Shown here piece by piece: positions 8,356 to 18,060 of a DNA stretch of 31,430 bases (position 1 is the stretch's first letter; every line of letters begins with the position of its first letter). The translations under genes were made by a program, and so were the position numbers. The notes below the pieces were generated by a model. That model did no database searches. It had not been told where the DNA came from and saw only the letters and a list, made by a program, of their open reading frames with translations. Source of the stretch: a virus (lineage: Duplodnaviria; Caudoviricetes); IMG/VR virus record IMGVR_UViG_3300033077_000439, positions 1 through 31,430 of that record; one strand, given 5' to 3'.

Positions 8356-10182
8356 TTAACCCATTGAAGCGTTACTTGTTATATTTCTGTCTAATGATTG
8401 ACTTGTTGTAACATCATTTGAAACTACATATGCTTTTAAAGGTTGTTGCTCTTGACCTGCTATTGATTGTGCTATTTGATTTGCACCACCTTGACCTACT
8501 ACATTAAAACTTGGAGCTGCAGGAACAGATGGAGAAGGAGCAGAACCACCACCACCTCCACCACCATTTGGAACTTGAACATCTAAAATAGATTGAACAT
8601 TTTTAATACCTGATGCAATAGCTAAACCTGCATTAATTGGTGCTAATACAGGTCCAACAATAGGAATACCAACAGTTGATTCGTATGCTTTTTGTGCAGC
8701 ACTAAAAGTATTAATTGTAGCACTTGCGACAGCAGCAGCTTTTCCTGCAGCAGTTTCTTTACCTAATATATTTGACAATCCTGATAGTGTATTTGCAATT
8801 CCTTCAGCAGCTTCCATTTTAGCTTTTTGTTCTGCTTTTGTTATTGCTATTTTAGCATCAGAATTTGCCTTTTCATTATCATATTGTTTTTTCTGTGCAG
8901 TTAAATTTATATCATTTAAAGTGTTTAAATGCTGCGTTTCTATTTCTTGTGTAGAAATACCAAATTTCCTTGCATTATCTAATTTTGCTTGGTATGCTAA
9001 ATTTTCGTTTTGTATTGCTAATTGTTGTTCAGTTAGTAAAGCATCTGCATTTGCTTTTTTAGCATCTGCTTCAACTTTCAAAGCTGCTTCTAATTGATTT
9101 CTATATGCTTCAGCTTCAGAAATTACTGCTTTATCTTTTTCTTCTTTTAACTTTTTTGCTTCTTCTTGTTTTTCTTTTTTTATTCTTTCACTTTCAGTTT
9201 TTCTATCAGAAGCAGCTTTTTCATTTGCTTCTTTTTGTTTTTTTCTTGCTTCATCGCCACGTGAAAATTCAATATCGTTTAATTCTCTATTTAATTTTTT
9301 AGCGAGTGCAACTTGGTCTGCACCATCTTCTTTTACTGCATTTGCATAAGCATTTTTAGCTTCTATTTTCTTTTTAGTATATTCATCAACTTGGTCACCG
9401 TGTTCTTGCATAAACTTTTTGTTTACAGATAGTGTTTTATCAGCATCTGTTTTAAGTTTATCTAATGCACGTGTAGCATCTGAAGTTGCACCTACAAAAT
9501 CTGTTATTGAATCTACAATTCCACCTATGAATTTACTAACATTAGCAAGTCCGGGAATTAAGTTCATTATTGTATTTTTAACTTTATCAAAGTTTGCAAT
9601 TAATAAACCTACACCAATAACTAAAGCACCTACACCTGTACCTATTAAAGCAGCTCTAAATAATTTTAAGCCACCTGTTGCAGCTTCTGTTACAAAAGCA
9701 TAAGCAGCAGTTGCAGTAGTCATAACTTTTTGAACTACTGATGTGTTTTTTAATACAGCACCTAATTGTTTAAAAGAATCAATACTTTCACCAACAGATT
9801 GTATACCTTGTGAAAGTGCCATAGCAGATTGAACTTTTAAAAGAGTTTTTTCAACACTTTCAGTTTCTGCACCAAATAAAGCCATACCACCTTGAACAGC
9901 ACCAAATCCACCTGCCACACCTGATAAAGAGCTTGTTAAAGCACGAAATTTTGCATCAGGGTTAAAGGCATCAGTTAAAGATTTTGCATCGCTAATTTGG
10001 TCTTTTAATTTAGCAGCTTGTTTTGCAGCTTCAACTGCTTCTTTAGATGTTGCACCAAATTTATCAGATAAACTATTAACCTCGTTTTGTGCTTCACGTA
10101 ATTGTGCCTTTAATGATTTAACACCATCGGTAGTTTGATTAATGTTATCATTTATTTGAAGATTAACTATTTTATTTTCCAT
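8356..10182 (-). CDS. Tail tape measure protein
   Basis: Ala/Gly-rich helical protein with a hydrophobic mid segment and Lys/Glu coiled coil; C-terminal LKAYVVSNDVT. Confidence 0.8.
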   Translation of the reverse strand: MENKIVNLQINDNINQTTDGVKSLKAQLREAQNEVNSLSDKFGATSKEAVEAAKQAAKLKDQISDAKSLTDAFNPDAKFRALTSSLSGVAGGFGAVQGGMALFGAETESVEKTLLKVQSAMALSQGIQSVGESIDSFKQLGAVLKNTSVVQKVMTTATAAYAFVTEAATGGLKLFRAALIGTGVGALVIGVGLLIANFDKVKNTIMNLIPGLANVSKFIGGIVDSITDFVGATSDATRALDKLKTDADKTLSVNKKFMQEHGDQVDEYTKKKIEAKNAYANAVKEDGADQVALAKKLNRELNDIEFSRGDEARKKQKEANEKAASDRKTESERIKKEKQEEAKKLKEEKDKAVISEAEAYRNQLEAALKVEADAKKANADALLTEQQLAIQNENLAYQAKLDNARKFGISTQEIETQHLNTLNDINLTAQKKQYDNEKANSDAKIAITKAEQKAKMEAAEGIANTLSGLSNILGKETAAGKAAAVASATINTFSAAQKAYESTVGIPIVGPVLAPINAGLAIASGIKNVQSILDVQVPNGGGGGGGSAPSPSVPAAPSFNVVGQGGANQIAQSIAGQEQQPLKAYVVSNDVTTSQSLDRNITSNASMG

Positions 10183-10313
10183 TGTCTTTTTACTTGTTCA
10201 AAACCTTGTTTCCAAGAAGTTACTAATTTATATTTACCCTTTGCTATTTCTATTATTTCGCTTTGACCATAATGTTCGTTAAGTGCTAATAGTTCTAAAA
10301 TATTTTTTATCAT
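10167..10313 (-). CDS. Small tail-module protein (48 aa, MIKNILELL...IEIAKGKY...)
   Basis: Fills the gap between tail-tip and tape-measure genes, overlapping both. Confidence 0.65.
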   Translation of the reverse strand: MIKNILELLALNEHYGQSEIIEIAKGKYKLVTSWKQGFEQVKRQWKIK

Positions 10314-13003
10314 TATCCTAATTGTGTTATTTTAATATATTCTGTTTTATCTATAATTCCATTAACATAATATTCAATTCCTATTGCATCAATTCTATCA
10401 GAACCACTTGTATTTACAGGAATAGTTACAGGAATTAATAAATCTTGGTATTCAAATGTTCCACTTGTTGGGTAACTTAAAAAGTTAGTAGCACCTTTAA
10501 TTCCAAAATAATCATAGTCATTTTTATAAACTGTAACATCAATAGTTTTTCCTGTATTATCTGTAGTTACATCGCCTTCAGTACTTGAAAATTTATATCC
10601 TACAGAACTTATAGCATTTACACCGCGATAATCTGTTATTAATTCTAAATTAGCTTCGCCTGTAGTTAAATCTGTAGTCATATTATTAATAATATATCTT
10701 TTGTTTCTAATTATTAATCTATCGTTTAATTCAATTCCTAATTTTTTACCTACACTATCTGTAACTGTAGAACCTAATAGACTTGGGGGAAATAATGCTT
10801 TACATTTAATAACTCTTGTTTTAATATTATATAAATTATCAATGTAGTTTTTATAGTGTCTATAATATAGTCCTTTAGGTGCTAAAACATTATACCAAGG
10901 CGATTGTTCATTACTGAAGTTCATAGTCATTAAACCTTTACGAGTTGTATCTGCAGGAAAACTATCATATTCATTTGAAAATCTATTATAATTTGGAATT
11001 TGAGTTACACCTGTTTCTGTTGTAACATATATTTTATTAGCAGTTATAAAATCCGTTGGCAATGTTCCGTTTAAATAAATTAACATCGGTTTTGGTATAT
11101 ATGGTTTTAAATCTTTATCAATTATTGTAGCTGTTTCAAAATCATAACCTACAGTACGTTCAAATAACACATTTTCAAAAGGAAGTTTAATATCATAATT
11201 AGCACTTTCATTTGAATTATTATTAGTATAAATTAAATCACCATATTCAGTATTATATAAACCTCTATAAGCGTTATTTAAAATGTTATTACTTTTTTCA
11301 TATTGGAAATTTATAGCTTTAAATAATTTAGGTCGTTCAATATCCATTTCATCGGCGTAAACATATTTAGTTATATCTAAAACTTTACCTTGATTGTAAT
11401 ACATTTCTAAAGGTATAAATTCAAATGTATTTGCATCTTTAGCTATAATCATTAAATTAAACGCTTTTATAACTCCTGTAATAAAATCATTAACAGTTAT
11501 ATCAGGAACATAATTAGAAATATTAATATTGCTAATAGTTGATTGAACAGGACTATAAGCTATTGATATTCTATTAAATGGTATACCACCAATTCCATTA
11601 GAAGCAATAGCTGCAGGTGAACTATCATTACCATATCTATCCAATACTAATTCAGAAGTAAATTGAAAATTTGAAGTAGAACTAAGTTTAAAATAATAAC
11701 TATGTGGGTCTACAGAATAAGCAATACTTAATTGGTCAAAATCAATAGCAAAAGGACGAGTTCCTGTTGATTGATATGTTCTATATAATAAGTTATCTTT
11801 ATAAACATATAGTGTATAATTAACAGAACCAAATCCTGAAGCAGGAATTATATTAATATATAAACTGTTATATCTATTAAAAGAATATTGAAGTGGAATA
11901 ATTGAATTAAAAACATCATTATCAAATCTAAATACGTTTGTAGATAAATTAAGTTCAGGCATAGGATAATTTCCTGAAGCAGTACTTACACTTGTAAAAT
12001 CAATATTAATTGATTCTGAATTATAATTAATAGCTTCTGCGTTTTTTAAATATAAATATAATTTTTTCCATTGGTCTAAATTAAAAAAAGAACCTGTAAA
12101 AGTAACTCCAAAACATAATTGAATAAGACTAAAAACAGCTTGCATAGATACAGCAGGAAATAACTCAGTCCATTTTATAGCACCACCTGTAGTAGTAACA
12201 TCAAAACCTGTAATTCCATCTTTATACGAGAATTTTCTTTGTGAACCAATTAATGGATAGTAAACATTTTGAGGTGTAACTGATTTTATTCTATTAATTA
12301 TTTCTGTAGAATTATAAGTATGATTTAGTAAACCCCAATAATTATCAGTACCATAAGTTGCTGCAAGATTACCTGTAGGCAAATTTCTTAATTTAGTATC
12401 TTTAAATCTATCTTTTAGCTGTGTTAAATTACCATAAAAAGTAAGTGTATAACTTTCAATAAATCCGTTCTTCTTATTTGCTTTTTCTAATTGAAAATTG
12501 CCATCTTTAAATTTATGCGTGTCTACTTCTACATACCCATCGTATCTTTGTCGGTGGTCATATCCATTATCTACAGCACTTTCGTGCCAATGTGATAGTA
12601 TTTTATTATTTCTATCTGAAGCAGGTATTGTAAAAGATTGTGAATAATCTGTAAATATTTTTCCTATATCATTTGCATTAGCCACAGAACTTGTTACACT
12701 TATTTTTTCATCACTAAATAAATCTAACTTTTGGTAGTCTGCTCTATATATTTCAAACTTACTTGTTGCATCAACTTGGATAGCTGTTTGTAAAGTTAAT
12801 ATAGAAGAAGTATTTGAAACTATATATGAAATAGCACCTACACCTGTACCACTAATAATCTTAACGTAATGACCTGTAAATTGATTTGTAGTATAAGTTG
12901 TTGCAGTACTTTTAAACGTTAAAAAAGGCGTTGTGTTTGCTTGTATCGCTTGGTTTGATTCAACAAGCGTATTTTTTTTAATATAAATTTGTACTGTTAT
13001 CAT
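10313..13003 (-). CDS. Tail tip / baseplate hub protein
   Basis: 896 aa beta-rich; LDLF.DE.I, IFTDYSQSFTIPAS..NN motifs; adjacent to the tape measure. Confidence 0.65.
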   Translation of the reverse strand: MITVQIYIKKNTLVESNQAIQANTTPFLTFKSTATTYTTNQFTGHYVKIISGTGVGAISYIVSNTSSILTLQTAIQVDATSKFEIYRADYQKLDLFSDEKISVTSSVANANDIGKIFTDYSQSFTIPASDRNNKILSHWHESAVDNGYDHRQRYDGYVEVDTHKFKDGNFQLEKANKKNGFIESYTLTFYGNLTQLKDRFKDTKLRNLPTGNLAATYGTDNYWGLLNHTYNSTEIINRIKSVTPQNVYYPLIGSQRKFSYKDGITGFDVTTTGGAIKWTELFPAVSMQAVFSLIQLCFGVTFTGSFFNLDQWKKLYLYLKNAEAINYNSESINIDFTSVSTASGNYPMPELNLSTNVFRFDNDVFNSIIPLQYSFNRYNSLYINIIPASGFGSVNYTLYVYKDNLLYRTYQSTGTRPFAIDFDQLSIAYSVDPHSYYFKLSSTSNFQFTSELVLDRYGNDSSPAAIASNGIGGIPFNRISIAYSPVQSTISNINISNYVPDITVNDFITGVIKAFNLMIIAKDANTFEFIPLEMYYNQGKVLDITKYVYADEMDIERPKLFKAINFQYEKSNNILNNAYRGLYNTEYGDLIYTNNNSNESANYDIKLPFENVLFERTVGYDFETATIIDKDLKPYIPKPMLIYLNGTLPTDFITANKIYVTTETGVTQIPNYNRFSNEYDSFPADTTRKGLMTMNFSNEQSPWYNVLAPKGLYYRHYKNYIDNLYNIKTRVIKCKALFPPSLLGSTVTDSVGKKLGIELNDRLIIRNKRYIINNMTTDLTTGEANLELITDYRGVNAISSVGYKFSSTEGDVTTDNTGKTIDVTVYKNDYDYFGIKGATNFLSYPTSGTFEYQDLLIPVTIPVNTSGSDRIDAIGIEYYVNGIIDKTEYIKITQLG

Positions 13004-14112
13004 ATAATATCATTTATAAGATTATTAGAATATTCAAAATCTATTTCAAAATTTATATTTTTATCTTTTAAATCTGTTTTATAAGTTAAGGATTGTGTTT
13101 TAATTAATGCAGGTTTATTATCAATTAAAATTGTATCGCTTAACATTAATTGTTTTATTAATTCATTATAACTTTCAGTAACCCAACCTGTATTTAATTT
13201 TATAGTTTGTTTACCATTTATATTGAAAGCTTTTTTCTGACCTATTTTATTATTATAATTTAAGTTAGCTTGCATTAAATTATATTCTGAACCTTTAACA
13301 CTTATACTGTTTGTTTGTGCTTTAAAAAACGTTAGTGTTTCCCAACCACCATAAGAATTTATAAAATCACATAATACAGGAGTATATTTACATTCTTCAA
13401 TAGGGTATGTATAAAAAGAATTTATAATTGGACTTCCTGTTGCAGGTGTATAAGTTATTGTAACTTTACATCCTTTTATAAAATTAACATCTGCTTTTGC
13501 TAAAGTGATTGGAATTTTAATATTAAAAATACCTGCAAACCCAACTCCATAATTAGAATTGTTATTATAAGCACCATCTAAAGTTTCATATCTTATATTT
13601 ACAACAGTTGTATTAGTTGTTGTTTTATCAAATAATAAATCTACATATTGAATTTTATCTGTTGGATAAGTTGGTTGTGAATAATAGTATTTATTAATAT
13701 TTGTATTAGTTAATAAAGCTACTTTAGTATCACTTGGATTTTGAAGTCCATCTATGTAATCTGTATATCCATTTAAACCAACGTAGTATATAGTATCTAA
13801 TAAAGTATAAGTACCTGCATTATCCCAATATCTTTTTACTTTGAATAAACACCATTCTTTATTTTCTTCTCTTGTTCCATAATAATTTTCATATGTAGGT
13901 GAAATATTATTAATATATTCTTTTACAAAATTTGAAATGTTATATGAATTTAAAGTTTGAGTTACCGATGGTATTTTTTTACTAAAAGTATAAGTTGGAA
14001 TAGTAGGTTCACTATCACCATTATTCCAAATAAATAATTCTAATTTACTTCCTAATTGTGTTGCTTCATTTATTTGAATTATAAAAGGGCTTCTAAGTTT
14101 TACTACTTTCAT
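13000..14112 (-). CDS. Distal tail/baseplate protein
   Basis: FINSYGGW...LNTGWV...QLMLS motifs; tail-module position. Confidence 0.6.
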   Translation of the reverse strand: MKVVKLRSPFIIQINEATQLGSKLELFIWNNGDSEPTIPTYTFSKKIPSVTQTLNSYNISNFVKEYINNISPTYENYYGTREENKEWCLFKVKRYWDNAGTYTLLDTIYYVGLNGYTDYIDGLQNPSDTKVALLTNTNINKYYYSQPTYPTDKIQYVDLLFDKTTTNTTVVNIRYETLDGAYNNNSNYGVGFAGIFNIKIPITLAKADVNFIKGCKVTITYTPATGSPIINSFYTYPIEECKYTPVLCDFINSYGGWETLTFFKAQTNSISVKGSEYNLMQANLNYNNKIGQKKAFNINGKQTIKLNTGWVTESYNELIKQLMLSDTILIDNKPALIKTQSLTYKTDLKDKNINFEIDFEYSNNLINDII

Positions 14113-14615
14113 TTTATATCTTTTAAATTATAATCTATCATTGTTTCTATATCTTGTCCAAATGCTTTTATTAAATCTGTATCTATATATTTTTTATATC
14201 CTGCTTCAAATGGTTTGGTAAAAAATAAACTTGGTTTAATACCATTTAAAAAAATACTTCTTGCTATTGCATATTGTAAACTTTTTCTATTTTCAAATTC
14301 ACCTTTAGCGTTACGTGGTGCAATACCTTTTTTAACTATCCATTTATCAAACGCTTTAACAGGTGGCATTTTATCTTTATAACTATATGGAGTATTGTAT
14401 TTTTTTAATTTACCTGAAACTCCTTTATCCTGATAATGACCATAATCTAACATTGTAAACCCTACAATAGAAAAATTATTTTCAGTTACTACTTCACCAT
14501 CAATAGAATTATAAAGTGCCTTAGAACTATTTTTATTTCCTTTAGTTAAATTGCTTCTTGATTGTTGAATTACATAATCACGGAAGCGTTGTAATACAGC
14601 TTCAACTTCTAACAT
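14109..14615 (-). CDS. Neck/tail-completion protein (HK97 gp10-like)
   Basis: L..SI, YG.YQDKGV.G, IARSI...GIKP..FF motifs. Confidence 0.55.
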   Translation of the reverse strand: MLEVEAVLQRFRDYVIQQSRSNLTKGNKNSSKALYNSIDGEVVTENNFSIVGFTMLDYGHYQDKGVSGKLKKYNTPYSYKDKMPPVKAFDKWIVKKGIAPRNAKGEFENRKSLQYAIARSIFLNGIKPSLFFTKPFEAGYKKYIDTDLIKAFGQDIETMIDYNLKDIK

Positions 14616-15064
14616 TTTGTCATTTTATTTTCAATAGCCATATCAAAAGTAAAAGTAACACCTGCTATTTTATTTTCAAATCGTTCTGTAAAAAATTCTA
14701 TGTTTGCACTATTGTTTACCAATTCGTAATCTTCAGCTAAAGCACCACGCCTTAATACTTCTAAGAATCTATTTGCTACAGCTAATTGTGTATTTAATAC
14801 ATCTTGTTCGTTATCATTACCTAAAAATATATCAGTTACTTTTTCTTTTGATTCATCTACAATATCCATACATAATATAGATATATTATAATTCAATACT
14901 GCACCTTGATACGATACTGAATTAACTATAATATGACTTAAAGGAAATATAGTTTGTTTATTTAAATCAACTTTAAATATATCTCCTGTTGTAACTGTAT
15001 TAACAAATAAATCTTCTTGTAGTTTATTCTTAATTACTTGTGTTATTTCGTAAAATGTACTCAT
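14609..15064 (-). CDS. Tail terminator-like protein
   Basis: 151 aa; IFPLSHI, F.ERFEN..AG; position in tail module. Confidence 0.55.
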   Translation of the reverse strand: MSTFYEITQVIKNKLQEDLFVNTVTTGDIFKVDLNKQTIFPLSHIIVNSVSYQGAVLNYNISILCMDIVDESKEKVTDIFLGNDNEQDVLNTQLAVANRFLEVLRRGALAEDYELVNNSANIEFFTERFENKIAGVTFTFDMAIENKMTKC

Positions 15065-15315
15065 TTATTTTTTTTTATTAAATCTGATTCTATTTGATTC
15101 TTTTGTTTCTCAAATGTTAGGTATGTTAAACATTGGTTAATTGGTAGTTCGGTAATTGTATTAAATCTTGTAACATCTCCTTGAGCAAGAGCATAGATTG
15201 AACTATACCATCCCCATCGTTTTCCAAATTGTGCTGTTGCAGAATAGTCTGTATCTCCTTGTTGTTCTCCAAATAAGTCATCGTACTTTTCAATAAGTCG
15301 TTGCCTAAATTGTAA
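15061..15315 (-). CDS. -1 frameshift extension of tail assembly chaperone (GT-like)
   Basis: The -1 frame is open from the T9 run (15314-15322) to TGA at 15061: LQFRQRLIEKYDDLF...KRWGWYSSIYALAQGD...; the stop overlaps the next ATG. Confidence 0.7.
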   Translation of the reverse strand, partial: LQFRQRLIEKYDDLFGEQQGDTDYSATAQFGKRWGWYSSIYALAQGDVTRFNTITELPINQCLTYLTFEKQKNQIESDLIKKNK

Positions 15316-15809
15316 AAAAAAACATTAGCACCTAATACAACATCTAAAGGTGCGTGTTTCATTACATCACAATAAGTTATAGAACCATTATACTTTTCTA
15401 TTTCATACGTTCCATTTAAACCTGTACTTTTAATTGGTCTATATAATACTGCCATAGCTTTGTGCATATTATCCCAATCACCAATGTATGAATCTAAATC
15501 TGTATATTCCCCAAAGGTCATATCTTCTAAATCAGGAATAAATCCAAATTCAACTCCACCAAGTTTAAATCTATTTATAAACTTATGTGATTGCACATTA
15601 AACATTTTAGCAAGTGAAGCTGTTATTTCTAATACATCTTTAAATCTAATTTCTGCTACATCCTTTAAATCTATATTGCAGAACGTTTGAACCATTTTCT
15701 GATTTAAAAATTCTTCATCTTCATTATCTTTAGCTATCTTTAAGAACGCTTGGTATTGTGCTAATTTAATTTCTTTTAGTTCTGTTGGTATGCTAATTTC
15801 TAATTTCAT
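15126..15809 (-). CDS. Tail assembly chaperone (G-like)
   Basis: True start is likely MKLEISIP (15809), since the longer ORF runs through a terminator and promoter; FGFIPDL..MTFGEY.DL, AVLYRP motifs; contains the slippery site. Confidence 0.7.
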   Translation of the reverse strand: MKLEISIPTELKEIKLAQYQAFLKIAKDNEDEEFLNQKMVQTFCNIDLKDVAEIRFKDVLEITASLAKMFNVQSHKFINRFKLGGVEFGFIPDLEDMTFGEYTDLDSYIGDWDNMHKAMAVLYRPIKSTGLNGTYEIEKYNGSITYCDVMKHAPLDVVLGANVFFYNLGNDLLKSTMTYLENNKEIQTILQQHNLENDGDGIVQSMLLLKEMLQDLIQLPNYQLTNV

Positions 15810-15827
15810 ATTATTGTTTTTTATATT

Positions 15828-15849
15828 AATAACTATTTGTTTAAATTGT
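15828..15849 (-). promoter_or_regulatory. Putative late promoter (ACAA-N13-TTATT)
   Basis: Motif upstream of the tail operon. Confidence 0.6.
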
Positions 15850-15856
15850 ATTAAAC

Positions 15857-15885
15857 AAAAAAAAGACCTACATTTCTGTAAGTCT
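15857..15885 (-). terminator. Intrinsic terminator
   Basis: AGACTTACA-gaaa-TGTAGGTCT stem followed by a T run. Confidence 0.8.
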
Positions 15886-15912
15886 AATTTAACCAAATTA
15901 ATTAACTAAAAA

Positions 15913-16119
15913 CTATTCTTCTATTTGCTCTATTGCTAAATCAATGATATCATTTATTTGTTTTGTAGATAGTATTTGATAAACATCAATACCTTCAATA
16001 GATATTATTTCATCTTCAATACAACTACCTGTATAATCATAATCAGAACCTTTTATATAAAATCCTTTAACTTCAAATTCTATATCACAATAATCTACGA
16101 ATACTTTTATTTTTTCCAT
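15913..16119 (-). CDS. Acidic hypothetical protein (moron-like)
   Basis: 68 aa; own promoter upstream and terminator downstream. Confidence 0.65.
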   Translation of the reverse strand: MEKIKVFVDYCDIEFEVKGFYIKGSDYDYTGSCIEDEIISIEGIDVYQILSTKQINDIIDLAIEQIEE

Positions 16120-16141
16120 TTTGTTTGTTTTAAATTTTTAA

Positions 16142-16192
16142 CAAATATAATATAAATTTGTTACATAAATTAGTTTTAACAAATATTTAACT
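16142..16192 (-). promoter_or_regulatory. Host-type promoter TATATTTG with upstream GTTAA/TGTTAA direct repeat
   Basis: Bacteroidota -7 consensus TAnnTTTG at 16142-16149; repeats at 16176 and 16187. Confidence 0.65.
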
Positions 16193-16336
16193 TTTCAAAT
16201 ATTCAGAAGCTACTTGATACATTTGTTGCATCTTTCTAATTTCACCTATATTTCTTGGTAGATTAATTCCTACTTCTATACCTTTAATGTGATGTATGTA
16301 ACATTGAATAGTTGCTATTATTTGTCCGTAAGTCAT
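16187..16336 (-). CDS. Small hypothetical protein (49 aa, MTYGQIIATIQCYIHH...)
   Basis: ATG overlaps the terminase stop. Confidence 0.6.
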   Translation of the reverse strand: MTYGQIIATIQCYIHHIKGIEVGINLPRNIGEIRKMQQMYQVASEYLKS

Positions 16337-17502
16337 TAGTATATAAAGTAATTACCTTTATTAGGATTCTCTAATTGACTTGTTATTGCGTAACGCATAG
16401 CATCTATAGCATGATTGTATGAATCTATTGGTTTGTTCATCTTAACTCCTGTTTTATCTGTTAACCATATATAGTTATTCAATTCGTTTATTAAGTTCTT
16501 ACTTCTTGATGTTACGTATATTTTGTTTTGATTGATTAAATTAATACCATATAAGATACTGTCTCTACCTTTGCTAACAGGTAATACATTATGACCATAA
16601 CTATTCAACTCAGCAATTGATTTAGGTTCAGCACAATCAGCGTGTATTATATCATTAACATCATTTGCTTTTAATAGATTAGATATTTCACTATTCAATA
16701 AACCTTTCTTATATATTATTTCGTCAAAGATATAAGCATCATTATATTTATACATAGCTACTAAACTTGTTGGATCGTTACTATAACCAAAGTCCATTCC
16801 ATAACATAGTATCCTTGCTTCTGATGGTAGGTTTATTTCGTTCCAATCTGTTATACATACACCTTCTAAACTACCTGTTTGTCCAAGTCCATATACTTGC
16901 CACCAATTAGCCCAATATGTAGATGTTAATGCTTTAACCTTTGCTGATTCTATTTCTTTTATTATAGTATCACTTAACGCTTCATTATCTAAATAGGTTA
17001 ATGTTATAAAGTCTACATTATCTTGAGTAAGTATTTCTCTGTCTACCCAAAATGAAGAAGCAGGATTGTAGTCTAACCATATATCACCTGATGTTCTAAT
17101 AGCCATTTGGTAATAAGAATCAAAGTCAATGTTGTTACACTCATTAACATAAAGTATGTTACGCCTTGCACCTCTAAGCTTGTCAGGTTGGTCAACACTA
17201 AAGAACTCTATATAACTACCATTAGCAAATGTGTATTTTAAAGTAGACTTATTAAACTGAGCATCATTATATCTACCTAATGCCATTATGATTTTAAGAA
17301 AATCTTTTAATGCTCCTCTTCTTAAATGTGGTATTGATTCTGATACTACACTTATTTCAAGCATAGGTTCTTTAATTGCTCTATCAATTAATAAAGGCAG
17401 AATGCCAAAAGTTTTACCTGCTGACGTTCCACCTCTAATAACCTTTATACGTTGCTTAAGACGTAATAACTTTTTAATAGCAGTAGTTAATATAAACTCC
17501 AT
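16336..17502 (-). CDS. terL: Terminase large subunit (PBSX-like)
   Basis: Walker A GGTSAGKT, Walker B YVNE, DYNP, nuclease GMDFG and NHAIDAMRY. Confidence 0.93.
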   Translation of the reverse strand: MEFILTTAIKKLLRLKQRIKVIRGGTSAGKTFGILPLLIDRAIKEPMLEISVVSESIPHLRRGALKDFLKIIMALGRYNDAQFNKSTLKYTFANGSYIEFFSVDQPDKLRGARRNILYVNECNNIDFDSYYQMAIRTSGDIWLDYNPASSFWVDREILTQDNVDFITLTYLDNEALSDTIIKEIESAKVKALTSTYWANWWQVYGLGQTGSLEGVCITDWNEINLPSEARILCYGMDFGYSNDPTSLVAMYKYNDAYIFDEIIYKKGLLNSEISNLLKANDVNDIIHADCAEPKSIAELNSYGHNVLPVSKGRDSILYGINLINQNKIYVTSRSKNLINELNNYIWLTDKTGVKMNKPIDSYNHAIDAMRYAITSQLENPNKGNYFIY

Positions 17503-17513
17503 AAGATAGTGTC

Positions 17514-17774
17514 TTAAATTAAGTCTAAATCATCTACATTAAATATAGGTTGCTCATTAGTTACTGTTATATCTTTAGTCTCTCTTGGTTTACCTGCATA
17601 ATAGTTATAAAACAACTGTGTAAACTTAAAGTCTCCTTGCTCTAAACCTTTCTCTAACGCCATAAATGCTAATGGTTCTAATGCACCCAACTTTTCTAAT
17701 AATTGTACTTCTTCTGCTTTAGACTTTCTACCTGCAGATTTATGACCACCATTAAATTTTCTTTTATCTTCCAT
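17514..17774 (-). CDS. terS: Terminase small subunit (putative)
   Basis: NGG..AGRK N-terminus, YAGKP; directly upstream of terL. Confidence 0.65.
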   Translation of the reverse strand: MEDKRKFNGGHKSAGRKSKAEEVQLLEKLGALEPLAFMALEKGLEQGDFKFTQLFYNYYAGKPRETKDITVTNEQPIFNVDDLDLI

Positions 17775-17802
17775 AATTAAAAAATATTATTATTAATTTA
17801 AA

Positions 17803-17824
17803 AATAAAATAAAACTTTTATTGT
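17803..17824 (-). promoter_or_regulatory. Putative late promoter (ACAA-N13-TTATT)
   Basis: Motif upstream of terS. Confidence 0.55.
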
Positions 17825-18058
17825 TTATAAGTTCACTTGTATTTTTAATGTTGCACAACTTAATTTATGTACACCATTTAATTGTTTACAATATTTACAC
17901 CCTAAATGGTTATCCCAATACATATTACAATTATCTTCATCTTCTTCACGATTGAATGAACCCCAAGATTGCCAATGTTCTGATGATGGTGCTGTGTACC
18001 TATAACACGTTTCTTTTGAAGGGCATAAACTATCGGAGCATTTTGCTATATCTGCCAT
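17825..18058 (-). CDS. Cys-rich hypothetical protein
   Basis: DIAKC...CP.KETCYRY; C-terminal CxxC...H..SC. Confidence 0.7.
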   Translation of the reverse strand: MADIAKCSDSLCPSKETCYRYTAPSSEHWQSWGSFNREEDEDNCNMYWDNHLGCKYCKQLNGVHKLSCATLKIQVNL

Positions 18059-18060
18059 AC

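Noticed and set aside
15810-15896. N-terminal extension of the 256-aa ORF
   Set aside because: Runs through a terminator and late promoter; the ATG at 15809 has the proper A-rich leader
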